This document shows, one piece after another, positions 19,882 to 30,949 of a DNA stretch of 64,000 bases. Both the position numbers and the translations under genes were made by a program. The notes beneath the pieces were generated by a model. It was given only the letters and a program-made list of their open reading frames with translations, had not been told where the DNA came from and ran no database searches. How positions within the stretch are numbered: the first letter of the stretch is position 1; every line of letters starts with the position of its first letter. The stretch is from contig CAXXMR010000014.1 in assembly GCA_963663805.2 (NCBI GenBank), forward strand, positions 64,001-128,000, in the 5' to 3' direction. This DNA comes from Sedimentisphaerales bacterium (GTDB lineage: Bacteria; Planctomycetota; Phycisphaerae; Sedimentisphaerales; SM23-30).

Positions 19882-21269
19882 TCATGCCTCATCCCTCTTG
19901 CCTTCTTCTCCTTCTTCTTCCTCCTTCTTCTCCCGCTCGTCAATAACCTTGTTGTCATGCTGCAAACCTTCCAGCACCTTATAAGGCCCCACGATAATCT
20001 TGTCATCCGCGTTCACGCCTTCTTCGATAATGGTATGCGTCAAATCGCAAGGCCCGATCTTCACCGGCGTAACCACCGCCTTGCCGTCGATATAACGATA
20101 CACCACCGCGGTATAAGTCTTGTTCTTGTCCACCAACGGGTTATCGTCCCGCATCTCCAGCGGCAGCCCGTCCACCGGTCGGGCCATTACCGCCTGACTC
20201 AATACCTTGACCACTTCGTGATAAGTTTTCGTCTCGATCTCAACATTCGCCGTCAATCCCGAATAAAGTTTTTCTTCCGTAGGCTTCAGTAATATCTCCG
20301 TTCGGAAATACTGTGTCCCCTGATTCGATGAACTGCCCTTCAACGCGATACTTTCGACCACACCTTCAAATTTCCTGTCGTCAAAAGCCTGTATCTGCAC
20401 CCACGCCCGCTGTCCCTCTTTTACCTTGCCAATGTCAACCTGGTCAACCTGGGCCACCATCAGCATATGCTCCAAATCCGCCACTTCCAGAATCATCGTC
20501 CCCGGATTATTCATCGTGCCGGTCATCACCAGCTCGCCTACTTCGGCGTTAATCACCGTGATCGTCCCGTCCATCGGCGAAGTTATGGTTGTATAGGTCA
20601 GGGCCTCATTCGCCTGCTCAATCAACTCGTCCGCCGCTTCGAGATTATGCTCCAGTACCTGCAACTGTAACCGAGCCGCCTCCAGCGAATGCTGCGAAGA
20701 TTCATAGCGCGCCTCCAGCTCATCAACCTGACAGGCCGTCTCATCATAAACCGACTGACTAATATCCGCTGTTTTATACAATCCCTTTTTACGTTCCAAA
20801 TCACGCTTGGCCTGCTTTAGTGATTCCGCTAACCCCTCCAGCGTAGCTTTCTGACTGGCGATGCGGGCCTTTTCAACTTCAAGACCCGCCGCCTGAGCTG
20901 CCCGGCCCGCCAACGCCGAACGCAGCCGACTCTGCAAATCACGGTCATCCAGACGAACCAGCACCGAAGTCTCCGCCGGCGGCTCTGACTTGGCGTTTCC
21001 TTTGGTTACCCAGTCGCCTTCCTCAAAAGGAAGCTCCATAACACGTGCCGAAACCTTCGCGCTGATAGCAACCTTAGTTTTGGGTTCTATCCAGCCCGTC
21101 GTACTGACATATTCAATCAGTTCCCCAACCTCAGCTGCCTCCACCCGCACCTCGGTCCCCTTGCCCGTCGACTCCTCACCGCGTCCTTACCCTTAAGAAC
21201 CCTGCCGATTACCGACGCCAGCACCAGCGTAACCACCACCGTTATCAAAATAACCCAGCGTTTCTTCAT
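19882..21269 (-). CDS. Efflux periplasmic adaptor (MacA-like), with a 1-nt frameshift near 21181-21189
   Basis: Body ISAKVSARV...TITSPMDGTI...VDQVDIGKVKEGQ; N-terminal anchor MKKRWVILITVVVTLVLASVIG starts at ATG 21269 in a different frame. Confidence 0.8.
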
Positions 21270-21582
21270 TATTATCAGCCTTCTTTTTCGCTAAATACGT
21301 TAGTATGAGGAAAGAACAATCTCAATACGCCCTTATAACTGTAATGTTCAAATAAGTCGCCTCAAATTTTAACCTATATAACACCACACACTCGATAAGA
21401 TCGCTTTACTCAACAAACCATATCTTATAGACGTACACCCCCAAAAAAATGTTACCAAAAATCCCCCTCACCATCCCCTCAGTCCAGAATGCCCACTCAC
21501 ACCTTTACGCGCAAAAGACGCTAAGTCCTTATTATCACAGCAGTTGGCCGGGGCTGCTGTGGCAGAAATAAAAGTTTTTCTC

Positions 21583-21611
21583 TTGCAATGAGATTAAACA
21601 TCTGATAAAAT
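21583..21611 (+). promoter_or_regulatory. Sigma70-like promoter
   Basis: TTGCAA-17 nt-TAAAAT. Confidence 0.6.
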
Positions 21612-21657
21612 ATAGGAAGTTCTAAGAATTGGGAAGGGTGGTCTTTATTTTTGGAGA

Positions 21658-21868
21658 GTTAATCTAGGCGAAATACGCCGTCTTTAACATTTAAATAAGT
21701 GATTCACTGTTACCAGTGAGCGGTTTCGAGCTAAAACCGTCAGTTTATCTTTTTGGGAAATGCACAGTGGTCGGTGCCCAAGTTTGGGCACTGCCTGCTA
21801 GTGTTCCCAAAGGGTTCTGACGGACCTAGCCTGAGCATGATGCGGCGGTGTCCTTTTTTTGCCGCCAT
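21658..21868 (+). ncRNA. Candidate structured RNA or leader, family not recognised
   Basis: Three short hairpins, an ~87-nt rod (ccgtcag/ctgacgg, tttgggaa/ttcccaaa, ggtgccca/tgggcact) and a gcggc/gccgc hairpin downstream of the promoter. Confidence 0.4.
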
Positions 21869-21960
21869 AAAAAAATTAAAAATATAGGGGTCAAACAAAC
21901 TGGACACCCCGTAAAATCAGGATGGAAACTTAACAATTACACCATTACGGAGGATTTGAC

Positions 21961-22023
21961 ATGAAAAAGATTTTTAATGTTTTAGGGGTGTGTTTAGCTG
22001 TCACTCTAGCGACCAAACATTAG
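21961..22023 (+). CDS. 20-aa hydrophobic peptide or signal-peptide remnant MKKIFNVLGVCLAVTLATKH
   Basis: GGAGGA RBS at 21949-21954; its stop overlaps the RBS (AGAGGA) of the next gene. Confidence 0.4.
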   Translation: MKKIFNVLGVCLAVTLATKH

Positions 22024-22065
22024 AGGATAATATGGGCAAATATATTTATAATAGTGTTGTATTTT

Positions 22066-23592
22066 GAGACTGTAGCATAGATACCGGCATTTTTAATGAG
22101 ATTTTCGCAAATTAGCCGATAAAACTCCTGGAAGAACAGACCAGTGGAATTTTCCAGGAGAGACGATTATGGCTGGGCCAGGCGAATACGTATCCGATAT
22201 AACCGAAGGTATTACTGGTGTTGAAGATTTACCGAAAGCAAAAATCAAACGGCGTTCACGCACCTACAAAAAGCGTCCTTGCCCCCATTGCGGCCACTCG
22301 TCGTATCGAGACAAAGTCTTCAGGCGAAAACTGCATGACCTCGGAGACCTGGCTGCCAACCGTCCCATCGAGATTTGGGTCAGCTATTCACAGCATCGTT
22401 GTTCAAAATGCAAACGATACTTCAATGCCGACCTCACTGATCTTGCGGACCCCGGCTGTCACTATACCCGTCGGGTTGTTCACCTGGCCGTGCGTTTGGT
22501 TGTGGAGGACGGCCTGCCGTACCGCCCGGCATCATGGCACTTGTGGCGAGACCACAGAGTTTTTGTCCCTTGGGCTACAATTCAAAACTGGGTTGAGGCG
22601 ACGGGGAAAAAAAGCTGAGCAACGAATTACAACTGAGTACCTTGATGGTGTTCTGGCTGATTTCTCCGGCTATATTGCAGCGGACGAATTATATGATGGG
22701 CCATTCTGCGTCTTATCCATAGTGGATAACCACACCTTCAAACGGCTCATCTACGAGGTTCTTGACCATAATCCCACTCATGAAGATATAACAAACTTTT
22801 CCTTTCGGTTTCGGACCGAACTGGTACAAAGAACGCTGACATTACGGGTGTTACGACCGACGGCTCGCCTTTATATCCGGAGCCATTGGCGCTGATATTT
22901 CCTGACGCTGCTCATCAGGTGTGCGAATTTCATGTCCTCAAGGAGATCAACAGAGAAATACTCAAAGCTGTTACGAAAGTACGACGAGAGCTCAAGGCAA
23001 AGTTGCCCAAGCTGAAACGTGGCCGTCCATCGTCTTCTTCCGCGAAGAAAGCGGCATCACGCAAGAAGAAACAGGAAAAGAAAATTGCCGATCTGTTTGA
23101 GCACAGATATTTATTTGTACAACATTCATTGAGTTCGAAGGATAAGAAGAAGTTTTTGCATATAACCAGAGGCTTGCCAAACCTGAGAAATTTACGCTCG
23201 ATCATGGATCAGGTTTATCGTCTTTTTGACCGTCGTTGTCGAACGGAACGGCATTGGATAAAGTTGGCTGTGTTACGCCGGCGAATTGGGCGATTCAAAA
23301 CCTTGCGACAGACTCTTAAGAAATTGTTCACCCCCAATATCGAAAAGGCGGTTGACCTTCCTTGATGATTCACAACTGCCGTCAACGTCCAACGCGGTTG
23401 AACGGGGCTATCGCCGCCATCGAAAAATGCAGAAGAGTGTCTATCGAGTGCGAACTCAAACCAATATCAGCCAGCGGGTGGCTATTGATATGCAGCGTGA
23501 CGAGCAGTCCCCAAGGCCGTTTACGAACTACAACAACACTTCATGAAGAAAGGACTGGAATGCTATGTTGCCGGTAAAGATGCTACAGAGTC
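22066..23592 (+). mobile_element. Insertion sequence, IS256/Mutator-like, 1527 bp
   Basis: Imperfect 24-bp TIRs GAGACTGTAGCATAGATACCGGCA / rc GACTCTGTAGCATCTTTACCGGCA; 8-bp TSD TGTATTTT at 22058-22065 and 23593-23600. Confidence 0.88.
22169..23577 (+). pseudogene. Transposase in several frames
   Basis: CPHC..CSKC Zn finger, AADELYDG, HQVCEFH (CxxH), STSNAVER, spread over at least 4 ORF fragments. Confidence 0.8.
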
Positions 23593-24087
23593 TGTATTTT
23601 TAATATTTTTCACCATTATCTATTCAGGTTGGCCCAATATTAACGGGGCATATTTATTAGCATGCTGTTTCTTTGGCCTATCGCAAATATTTGGGCCGGG
23701 TGCTGGTTATAGTCGTGATACAGTTCCTTTACGGGATAAGATTTTGGAGGGCCTAGTTCTGGGTTTTATTTTTGCCATACTTGCCAAGCATATTTTGATA
23801 TTGCACCATTTTGGTTTGTCCGACATAAAAGTGTTAGTGTCCTCAGTATGGCTAGGTAAAGCTTGGCTATACTATATTTTTAGTAGCTTTCTGGTTCATG
23901 TTATGCTTTGCTATCCGGTCTATATATCATAAGCGAAAAAATACTGTAATTGTCAAGCAAGCGTGATACCGCTTTTGAGCGGCTGAAATTTGACAATTTG
24001 GTGAATTAAAGGTTCCCGGTGCTTTTTTTGATGGGCGGAATTTAATGTACCCGGTACATTTTCCCACTCCACTCCCCAACCACCGTC

Positions 24088-24140
24088 CATCAGAGCCGCG
24101 CACGTAAGTAAGCGGTGCCGTTAATTAAACCACTCCGACC
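24088..24140 (+). repeat. REP-like intergenic repeat, copy A
   Basis: catcagagccgcgcacgtaagtaagcggtgccgttaa (37 bp) identical to 43382-43418, followed by ttaaaccactccgacc in both copies. Confidence 0.85.
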
Positions 24141-24368
24141 AAAGTTCGCCCCGCACCGTCGCCCAAACCCCAGCTCAAAACACCCGTTGCGTCACTACCG
24201 TTAAAGACCCCAGAGGGGCATAGGGGATGGTGTCCAAAAACCTGTCCAAGCCCGTCCAGTTTTGTCCACCTCGTCCAGCCAGTCCACTCCGCCCACAAAA
24301 GCCCCACCAAAAACAGGAATTTTTCCAGAAAAATTCATCCAAAATCCAAAAAAACCAAAAAAAAATCG

Positions 24369-25838
24369 CAATCCTGTTCGGCACATTTATTGCTCAAATA
24401 CAGTTTTTCTGTGGTCTTTGCAGTTCATATGATTTAGCGGGGATTATCCCATCAGTGGGACTGTCGGCACTGGTTATTTTGGCGCCAGCATCAGCGGCAG
24501 CGGCGATTTTTTTGAGGATCGGCCTTAGTTTTGGCTTTGGAGTTTATTGATATGGTTCTGCATTTCTTGCTCGTCGGCCATGCCGCAGAGGTGCCAGCAG
24601 AGCATTTCGTAGGTTCTTAAAGTTGGTTTTTTGCCCGTCCACAGGCTGATCAGCATACAGGCGATAATCGCGGCGTACATCTGTAGTTCGATACCGTTTT
24701 CGCAGAGGCCTTAGCAGATGTCGGCAGCCCAGCACATGCTTAAAAAAGCGGAAAAATATTTCGATGGCCCAGCGTTTCTGATAGAGCAGGGCAATGACTT
24801 CGGCGTCCAGGTCCAGCCGGTCGGTGGCAATCAAAATCATCTCACTCTGACGTGGTCCCTGGCCCCGTTTCAAATGCGGTTGACATTCAACCGCTATCAG
24901 GCGTAACGGTTGTTTGAAATCTTCCCGCAGTTTTTCACTGCTGCCGGCGATTACCGTACGATCAAAAATTATCCCCGCTTTTCGAGCATCTTCAGTTAAA
25001 GGTTTTTCCCTGAATAGTTTCGTAAACCCGTATCCTCACGCAGCCGACAGACAAAAGAGCTTTTTACTATCCACAATGGCCTGAAACAGCTTAAAACAGC
25101 AAGCATATCCGCGATCATTGACATAAATCCGGCCGGGCTGAAGATTCTCTAAAAAAACCTTTCGCTCATCAGACTTGTCTTCACTGATATTTATTTTCAG
25201 AGGCACATATTTTTCCAGATCAAACTGAGTGTGTGCTTTAATTCCGGGTTTGTCGGTGTCCCAGGCAGCCTGAGTGAGTTTTTGCAAAGCCTGAATACTG
25301 CTGCCGTCCACCAGGGGTAATGATCCTGACCGACTTCCAGTTTTTTGTCCTGAGATATCGGCCCTAACTGCTCAGTGAGTTGAGCGATTATCGGCCTCTA
25401 ACAAAGAACTCTCAAAAACCCGGGATGCTTCCGAAAGCGAACCCAGCGAACCCAGCGAAGCACGCGAACAACCCAACAGCCGCTGTACCTTTTTGAGCTC
25501 GCCGGCCTGCTGCAAAGACCGGATGGAACTGCAGATCGGATTGAACATGTATAACAGCAGCAGACTGACATACTGGTCCATGAATAATGTGCGATTGCCG
25601 GCCTGGTCCCGCTCACATCCCGCCGAGTGAAGACCTTTCAGCAGAGCCGAGAGGGACTTGAAATACTTGAACCCACGCAGGTCCCGCTCCTTGATTTTCT
25701 GACGCTTAGCACTCATGCCTCCTATTAGAGCATAAATATCCCTCGAGCGCAAATTACCTATCTTAACATTTCGGGTTTTTTTTTAAAAAAATACAGGAGG
25801 CCAAAAGCCTAAAGCAATAAATGTGCCGAACAGGATTG
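24369..25838 (-). mobile_element. IS4-family insertion sequence, 1470 bp
   Basis: Perfect 26-bp TIR CAATCCTGTTCGGCACATTTATTGCT; flanks AAAAAAATCG / GAAAAAATCG (about 10-bp TSD, one mismatch). Confidence 0.9.
24525..25716 (-). pseudogene. IS4-family transposase, frameshifted
   Basis: MSAKRQKIKERDL..LLYMFNP, VDGS, NDRGYA, YQKRWAIEIFFRFFK (YREK), C-terminal NGIELQMYAAIIACML...LQSQN; split over several frames. Confidence 0.85.
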
Positions 25839-26136
25839 GAAAAAATCGTCAAAAATCGGTCACCCCAGCCCAAACCGCGCCGAAAACCCCCACCGCAAAA
25901 CACGACTTTGCCACCGCAATAATCGCCCCAAACAGGCATATTCACACCCAAAATCCCCCGCCCACTGCCCCAAAACACTCTTTTTACCCCCCCAAAATCC
26001 CCAATCGCGCTGATTTCGCCCCCTTCAAATTGCGCATTAAGGAGAATCCACCACCCGAAAAAACCCGTTTTAAGCCCCAATCGCGACTACGAAGTCACCC
26101 TCGCGCTCACAAAAATAAGCACTTACAACAGCATCT

Positions 26137-26916
26137 CTAATCCAGCGAATCAGCAAAACTATCCAGCACTTCCCAGTATTCCTCCCCCGCCACACTTCTC
26201 AACGTCGAATGTTCCCCCTCATCCACCCAGAAACACCGTTTCGGCTCCGCCGCCTTGTCATACATCCGCTGCCCGTGGTCAAACTTAACCAGCTTATCCT
26301 TCTTCCCATGCATAATCAGAACCGGACAGTTCACATTAGCTATCTTCTGCTCATTCAAGAACTTATCGAACGGCAAATGCAAATGATTCAGCACTACCTG
26401 AAACGCCGAAACAAACCCGCCCTCCAATATCAGCCCCGCCACCGGCATCTCCACCGCCAAATCAGTCGCCGGGCCACTGCCCAGCGAATAACCATACAAT
26501 ATCACGTCACCAGCCTTAAAACCTTTATCATCAAGCAGATAGCGATATATCAACCGCGAATCCGCAAATACGTTCTCTTCGCTGGGCCGCCCCGTACTAA
26601 CCCCGTAACCCCTGTAGTCCCAAGCTATTATCGAATATCCCCGCCCCGCGGCTTCATCCATAAACCCCTTAATCGTCCCCAAATCCTCGTTATTGCCGTG
26701 AAAATAAAGAATTACCTTCTCAGCCCCCGCCCCCTCAACATAACGATAAGCCAACTCCGCCCCATCAGCCGTCACCATTTTCTCCAAACCCGCCAGTTCA
26801 GTATAACTCCGCCGCTGCGGAAATATCATTCGATGCACCGTCCCACACCCCAAAACCAACAAAAATAACACCGAACAGCCTATAGCTATACTTATTCGTT
26901 TAACTTTTTTCGCCAC
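26137..26916 (-). CDS. Alpha/beta hydrolase (ABHD17-like), probable lipoprotein
   Basis: VLGC, YFHGNNEDLG, DYRGYGVSTG, GYSLG nucleophile, HGKKDKLV, GEH. Confidence 0.88.
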   Translation of the reverse strand: MAKKVKRISIAIGCSVLFLLVLGCGTVHRMIFPQRRSYTELAGLEKMVTADGAELAYRYVEGAGAEKVILYFHGNNEDLGTIKGFMDEAAGRGYSIIAWDYRGYGVSTGRPSEENVFADSRLIYRYLLDDKGFKAGDVILYGYSLGSGPATDLAVEMPVAGLILEGGFVSAFQVVLNHLHLPFDKFLNEQKIANVNCPVLIMHGKKDKLVKFDHGQRMYDKAAEPKRCFWVDEGEHSTLRSVAGEEYWEVLDSFADSLD

Positions 26917-27197
26917 TTAACCACCTGTCCCTAAATAAGTTGTAAAACATGCCCGCAAGTATACCCCTGGCCGGCCATTTATTAATCTACTTTTTGCTGG
27001 ACCTCAAAATAACCGACGATAAACTGAATACTCAAGGTTTTTCGCCGTAATTGAACATATTTATTTGCCGCAACCACAGCTACTTTAATATAGGCAAATT
27101 TTTTTTAGGATTTTTATCTAGCCTAAATTACGCATTTTTACTATAATCCTCGTCACATTCGGATTTGGTATTGCCAAAATAGAGAAAGGAGTCTCAA

Positions 27198-30100
27198 ATG
27201 CAATTCTCAAAAACGTCCCTCACCGTCCTTTTTGCGATCTTGGCCTTGATTTCCGCCCACGCCTTCGCCGCTGAAACGTATTATGTAAGTGCCACGGAAC
27301 CCGCCGACTACACCACCATCCAGGCTGCTCTCGACGACGCCAACGGCATACTAGGTGACGTAGTTATTGTCATGGACGGCACTTACACCGAAGACCTGAC
27401 CGTCGCCACCGGCGTTATACTCAAAAGCGTGAACGGCTCGGGCGCTACAACCATCCAGTTAATTGACCAGACCGGTATCGAAGTGGATGCTGACGCTGAC
27501 GGTTTTTACGCTCGGCGGAACAGTCGACCAGGGCTTCGCCATCATTGCCGGCACCGATACCACCACTGTAATTGACAGTGCCGCAGATAACCTGGTAATA
27601 TCTTACAATGATTTCATAGTCCAGGGGATGGCCTCTACCGGAATCAATCTTGGTTCGGTTACCGGGTCAGCAACCATCACTCAGAATGATTTCACTACCG
27701 ACCTGAACAATTTTACCTTCATTACCGGCAGCAGCCTTAACTCCCTGATTCTGAGAAACAATTTATTTGCCGCTCAGGTTGGTTCATACGCCACCACGGC
27801 CCTGGATGTCACCGGCCTGACAGGCAGTTCACAGATTAGCGACTGCTCATTTGTTAATTTTGACATCGCTATCAATCTCGCTAACGGTGCGGGTCTTTCT
27901 AATCTGTCCATCAGTGATTGCCAATTAACCGGTAATAACAAAGGTATCGTTTTTGCCGAAGCAACCGGAGCAACAGGTAATATAAGCGAGGTTTCAGTTA
28001 CGACAACACTGTTTGTGGACAGCACCACGGCTGTCGAACTTAACAACAGCGTCTATATCCTAGCTAGCACTATCGTATTCAACAATTGCAATTTCGCGGG
28101 CAATACCCAGGCAGTCACTAATGACTCGGCTACTATTCTGAATGCTCAAGGCTGCTACTGGGATTCGGCGGACGGTCCTGCCGGAAGCGGGCCGGGTACG
28201 GGTCAGTCAATTTCGATTAATGTTGATTACAGTCCCTGGTGGGCACAGGATTGTCTGGCGGAACATACCGCGGCCTGGACCATCTACACGAACGACACCA
28301 TCCAGCCCGCCCTTGATTTAGCTTATGAAGGTGACGAGGTATTCGTTTATAATGGAATATACTCCGGCGACAAAAACCGCGACCTGACTTTCGGCGGCAA
28401 AAACCTTTATGTTCACAGTGAAACTCCCGACGTTCCTCAGGACTGCGTTATCATCTGTGATGGAACCCAAAGCGTGCCTCATAACGGTTTTAATCTGACC
28501 GGCGGACAAACCAATGCTTGCGTTATCGAAGGTTTTACAATTACCGGCGGCTTGCGTACCTTAAGCGGCGGCTTCAATATTGAATCATCGAGCCCGGTGA
28601 TTAACAATTGCGTCATTCTGGCCAACGAAGCCCTGACTGCCGGCGCTGGCGTGTATTGTGCCAACGATGCTCGTCCGGTTTTTACTGACTGTCTTTTTAT
28701 CGGTAATGGCCAGCCGACCAACGGTGGTGCGGTCGCGTGCTACTCAAACGCCAAGCCAATTTTTGTTGAATGTCAGTTCATTGGAAATTCAGCTTATAAA
28801 AAAGGCGGCGCGATCTATTGCGACAAGAGAAATCAAATCACTCTGGTCAACTGCATTCTCGCGGGCAACACCACCAATATCGGCAATGCCGGTGGTGACT
28901 TTGACGGCGGGGCGATTTACGTTCAGGACGGAACGAGCCTTAATATTTACAATTCACTTATCGCTGGCAACCGTGCCGAAGACTACGGCGGGGCAATCGC
29001 CTGCAACTTTGTCACCAGCTCAGCGTCTGTCAATATTTACAACTCCACTATCGCCCGCAACTCATCGGAAAGCAGTATCGGCGGTGGATTCTACATGGAA
29101 AACCTTAACCATCAGAGTTACTTCCGCAACACGATTATATCTTTCAACGAATCGGTACTGGGTAAGAATTTTGCATTCTCGGGCGGCACCGTCGATGCCT
29201 TCCACGGCTCATACAGCTGCCTGCCTGTTTTCACCTCCAGCATCAGTGACCCTGTCGGCGTACTCGATTTACAAAACTGTCTTACGGTAGACGGAGCCAA
29301 TCCTATCGACCCCGGCTTCACGGATTCATATTCCGGCAACTGGTCCCAGGCCGGAGTTTATGATTCCGCAGCCCATACGGTGATACTAACTGACCTCTGG
29401 TCGAACTATCCCGACAATTGGGAAACCGGCGAATTAATCGGAAAATATGTTCAGCCGAATATCGACGATGCCCGTCAATATCTCATTTTAGACAACACCG
29501 AAACAACCATTACTATTGACGCTGATTATGGAACCATAACCAATGGTTTTTCCTGGGTTGGCACCTGGGAAGACTATCAGATTCGCGACTATCGGCTGGC
29601 TGACGATTCTCCCTGCATAGATGCCGGCAACAACACCTCTATTCCGGTAGATACCTACGACCTGAACAACAACGGAATCACCGACGAGCTATGGCCTAAC
29701 GATCTTGATGGATACATTCGCAAAACCGACGAGCCGCTTATCCCCGATACCGGAGTTGGTCTGGCTCCGATAGTCGATATGGGTGCCCATGAATTTGGCT
29801 CTTTCTTTTCTCTCAATCTGGAATGGTCTGCTATCGAATCAACCCAGACAGTCAATACCCCCTTTGCCGTAAGCCTTACCGCCCGGATGCCGGATGGTCA
29901 GATTGCCGACTGGTTTGATGAACCGGTAAACATTGAATGTCTGGCTTTCAGCACCATAGATTCTAATGAAACTATCGGCACCGACATTCTCGAATGGGAA
30001 TTTCCGCTCCAGACCTGGGCCAAACACATGGCCCGCACCCAGACAATCTATCTGGCCCAGGACATAGGCGATGCCGCCCGTATTACGTCGCTGGCCCTGG

Positions 30101-30891
30101 ACGTAACCGACAGCTTTTTATACGATGTCGGCAACTGGACCATACGCCTGAAACACACTACCCTTAGTTCTTATGCCGCCAGTCCCGCCTGGGTTGATTC
30201 ATCTTTATGGACCACGGTTTATGCCGCTGACACCGTTATACCTGAAGGTGGTTATGTGTTCTTCGAGTTCGACACGCCCTACGAATACAACGGCAATGAC
30301 AATATCATGGTTGACTTCTCTTTCTCGATGCCGAACGCTTTCCCCGTGAATATCATCACCCGGGCGGGAATTCCCCAAGCTGGCATTAACCGCACTATTT
30401 ACCAGTCGGCACTTAATGAAAGCGGACTGGGACTACCTACGCTTTGGCAGGGCACCACAAATCCTACCCCGCTGATAACCGACAAAGTTCCCAATATAAT
30501 CCTGCACACTCAAAGGGATGTGACCACCGCTGTTGCCGTTACCCCCGATACGCTGAGCGGCTTTGTCGGCGGGGTATGGACCGGTGAGCTTACGGTGGCT
30601 GAGATAGCGGAAAACGCTATCATTCGCGCCAATCTTATTCTAGCGACGACCTCGGATAGTAACTATTTTGATGTTGTGGCCCAACTGTTATTCACCGGCG
30701 ATTATAATGACGACCTGATTATCGACTTCGCTGACTTCGCTTTCTTCGCCAACCAATGGCTGAGAACCGATTGCGAACAGGCCAATGATTTCTGCGGGGA
30801 AACCGACTTTGACCAGAGTACCGATGTCGGCACCAGTGACCTGCAGGAGTTCTCCCAGAGGTGGCTTGACGACCTGACTCCGCAAGAATAA
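27198..30891 (+). CDS. Large secreted right-handed beta-helix protein with C-terminal dockerin-like domain (about 1230 aa if the T5 run at 27503-27507 is really T4)
   Basis: Signal peptide and YTTIQAALD in the first ORF; the second ORF has beta-helix repeats (F.GN.A..GGAI), YRLADDSPCIDAG..DMGAHEF and GDYNDDLIIDFADF. Confidence 0.75.
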
Positions 30892-30915
30892 GGATGCAAT
30901 TCAGCTTACCCCCTC

Positions 30916-30949
30916 AAAGGGCGGCCTCTGACAGGTCGCCCTTTTTTTT
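30916..30949 (+). terminator. Rho-independent terminator, probably bidirectional
   Basis: aaagggcggcct ctgac aggtcgcccttt + T-run, between convergent genes. Confidence 0.8.

Larger units (their letters stand above)
22032..23932 (+). pseudogene. 121-aa multi-TM membrane protein gene interrupted by an IS
   Basis: Removing the IS and one TSD copy joins 22032-22065 to 23601-23932 in frame: MGKYIYNSVVFLIFFTIIYSGWP...CYPVYIS. Confidence 0.75.

Noticed and set aside
21324..21679. 9-bp matches to the tRNA-Arg 3' end (aatacgccc, aaatacgcc) as an att site
   Set aside because: Too short to exceed chance, and no integrase is present.
21658..21868. Assignment to a known riboswitch, 6S, SRP RNA or a functional retron
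   Set aside because: I could not match diagnostic conserved motifs, there are no long a1/a2 repeats, and no reverse transcriptase is in the window.
23543..23932. 129-aa ORF as an intact gene
   Set aside because: Its N-terminus lies inside the IS right end; it is the 3' part of the interrupted gene starting at 22032.
24243..24290. GTCCA ladder or REP copies as a CRISPR array
   Set aside because: No 25-45-bp repeats with unique spacers and no cas genes anywhere in the window.
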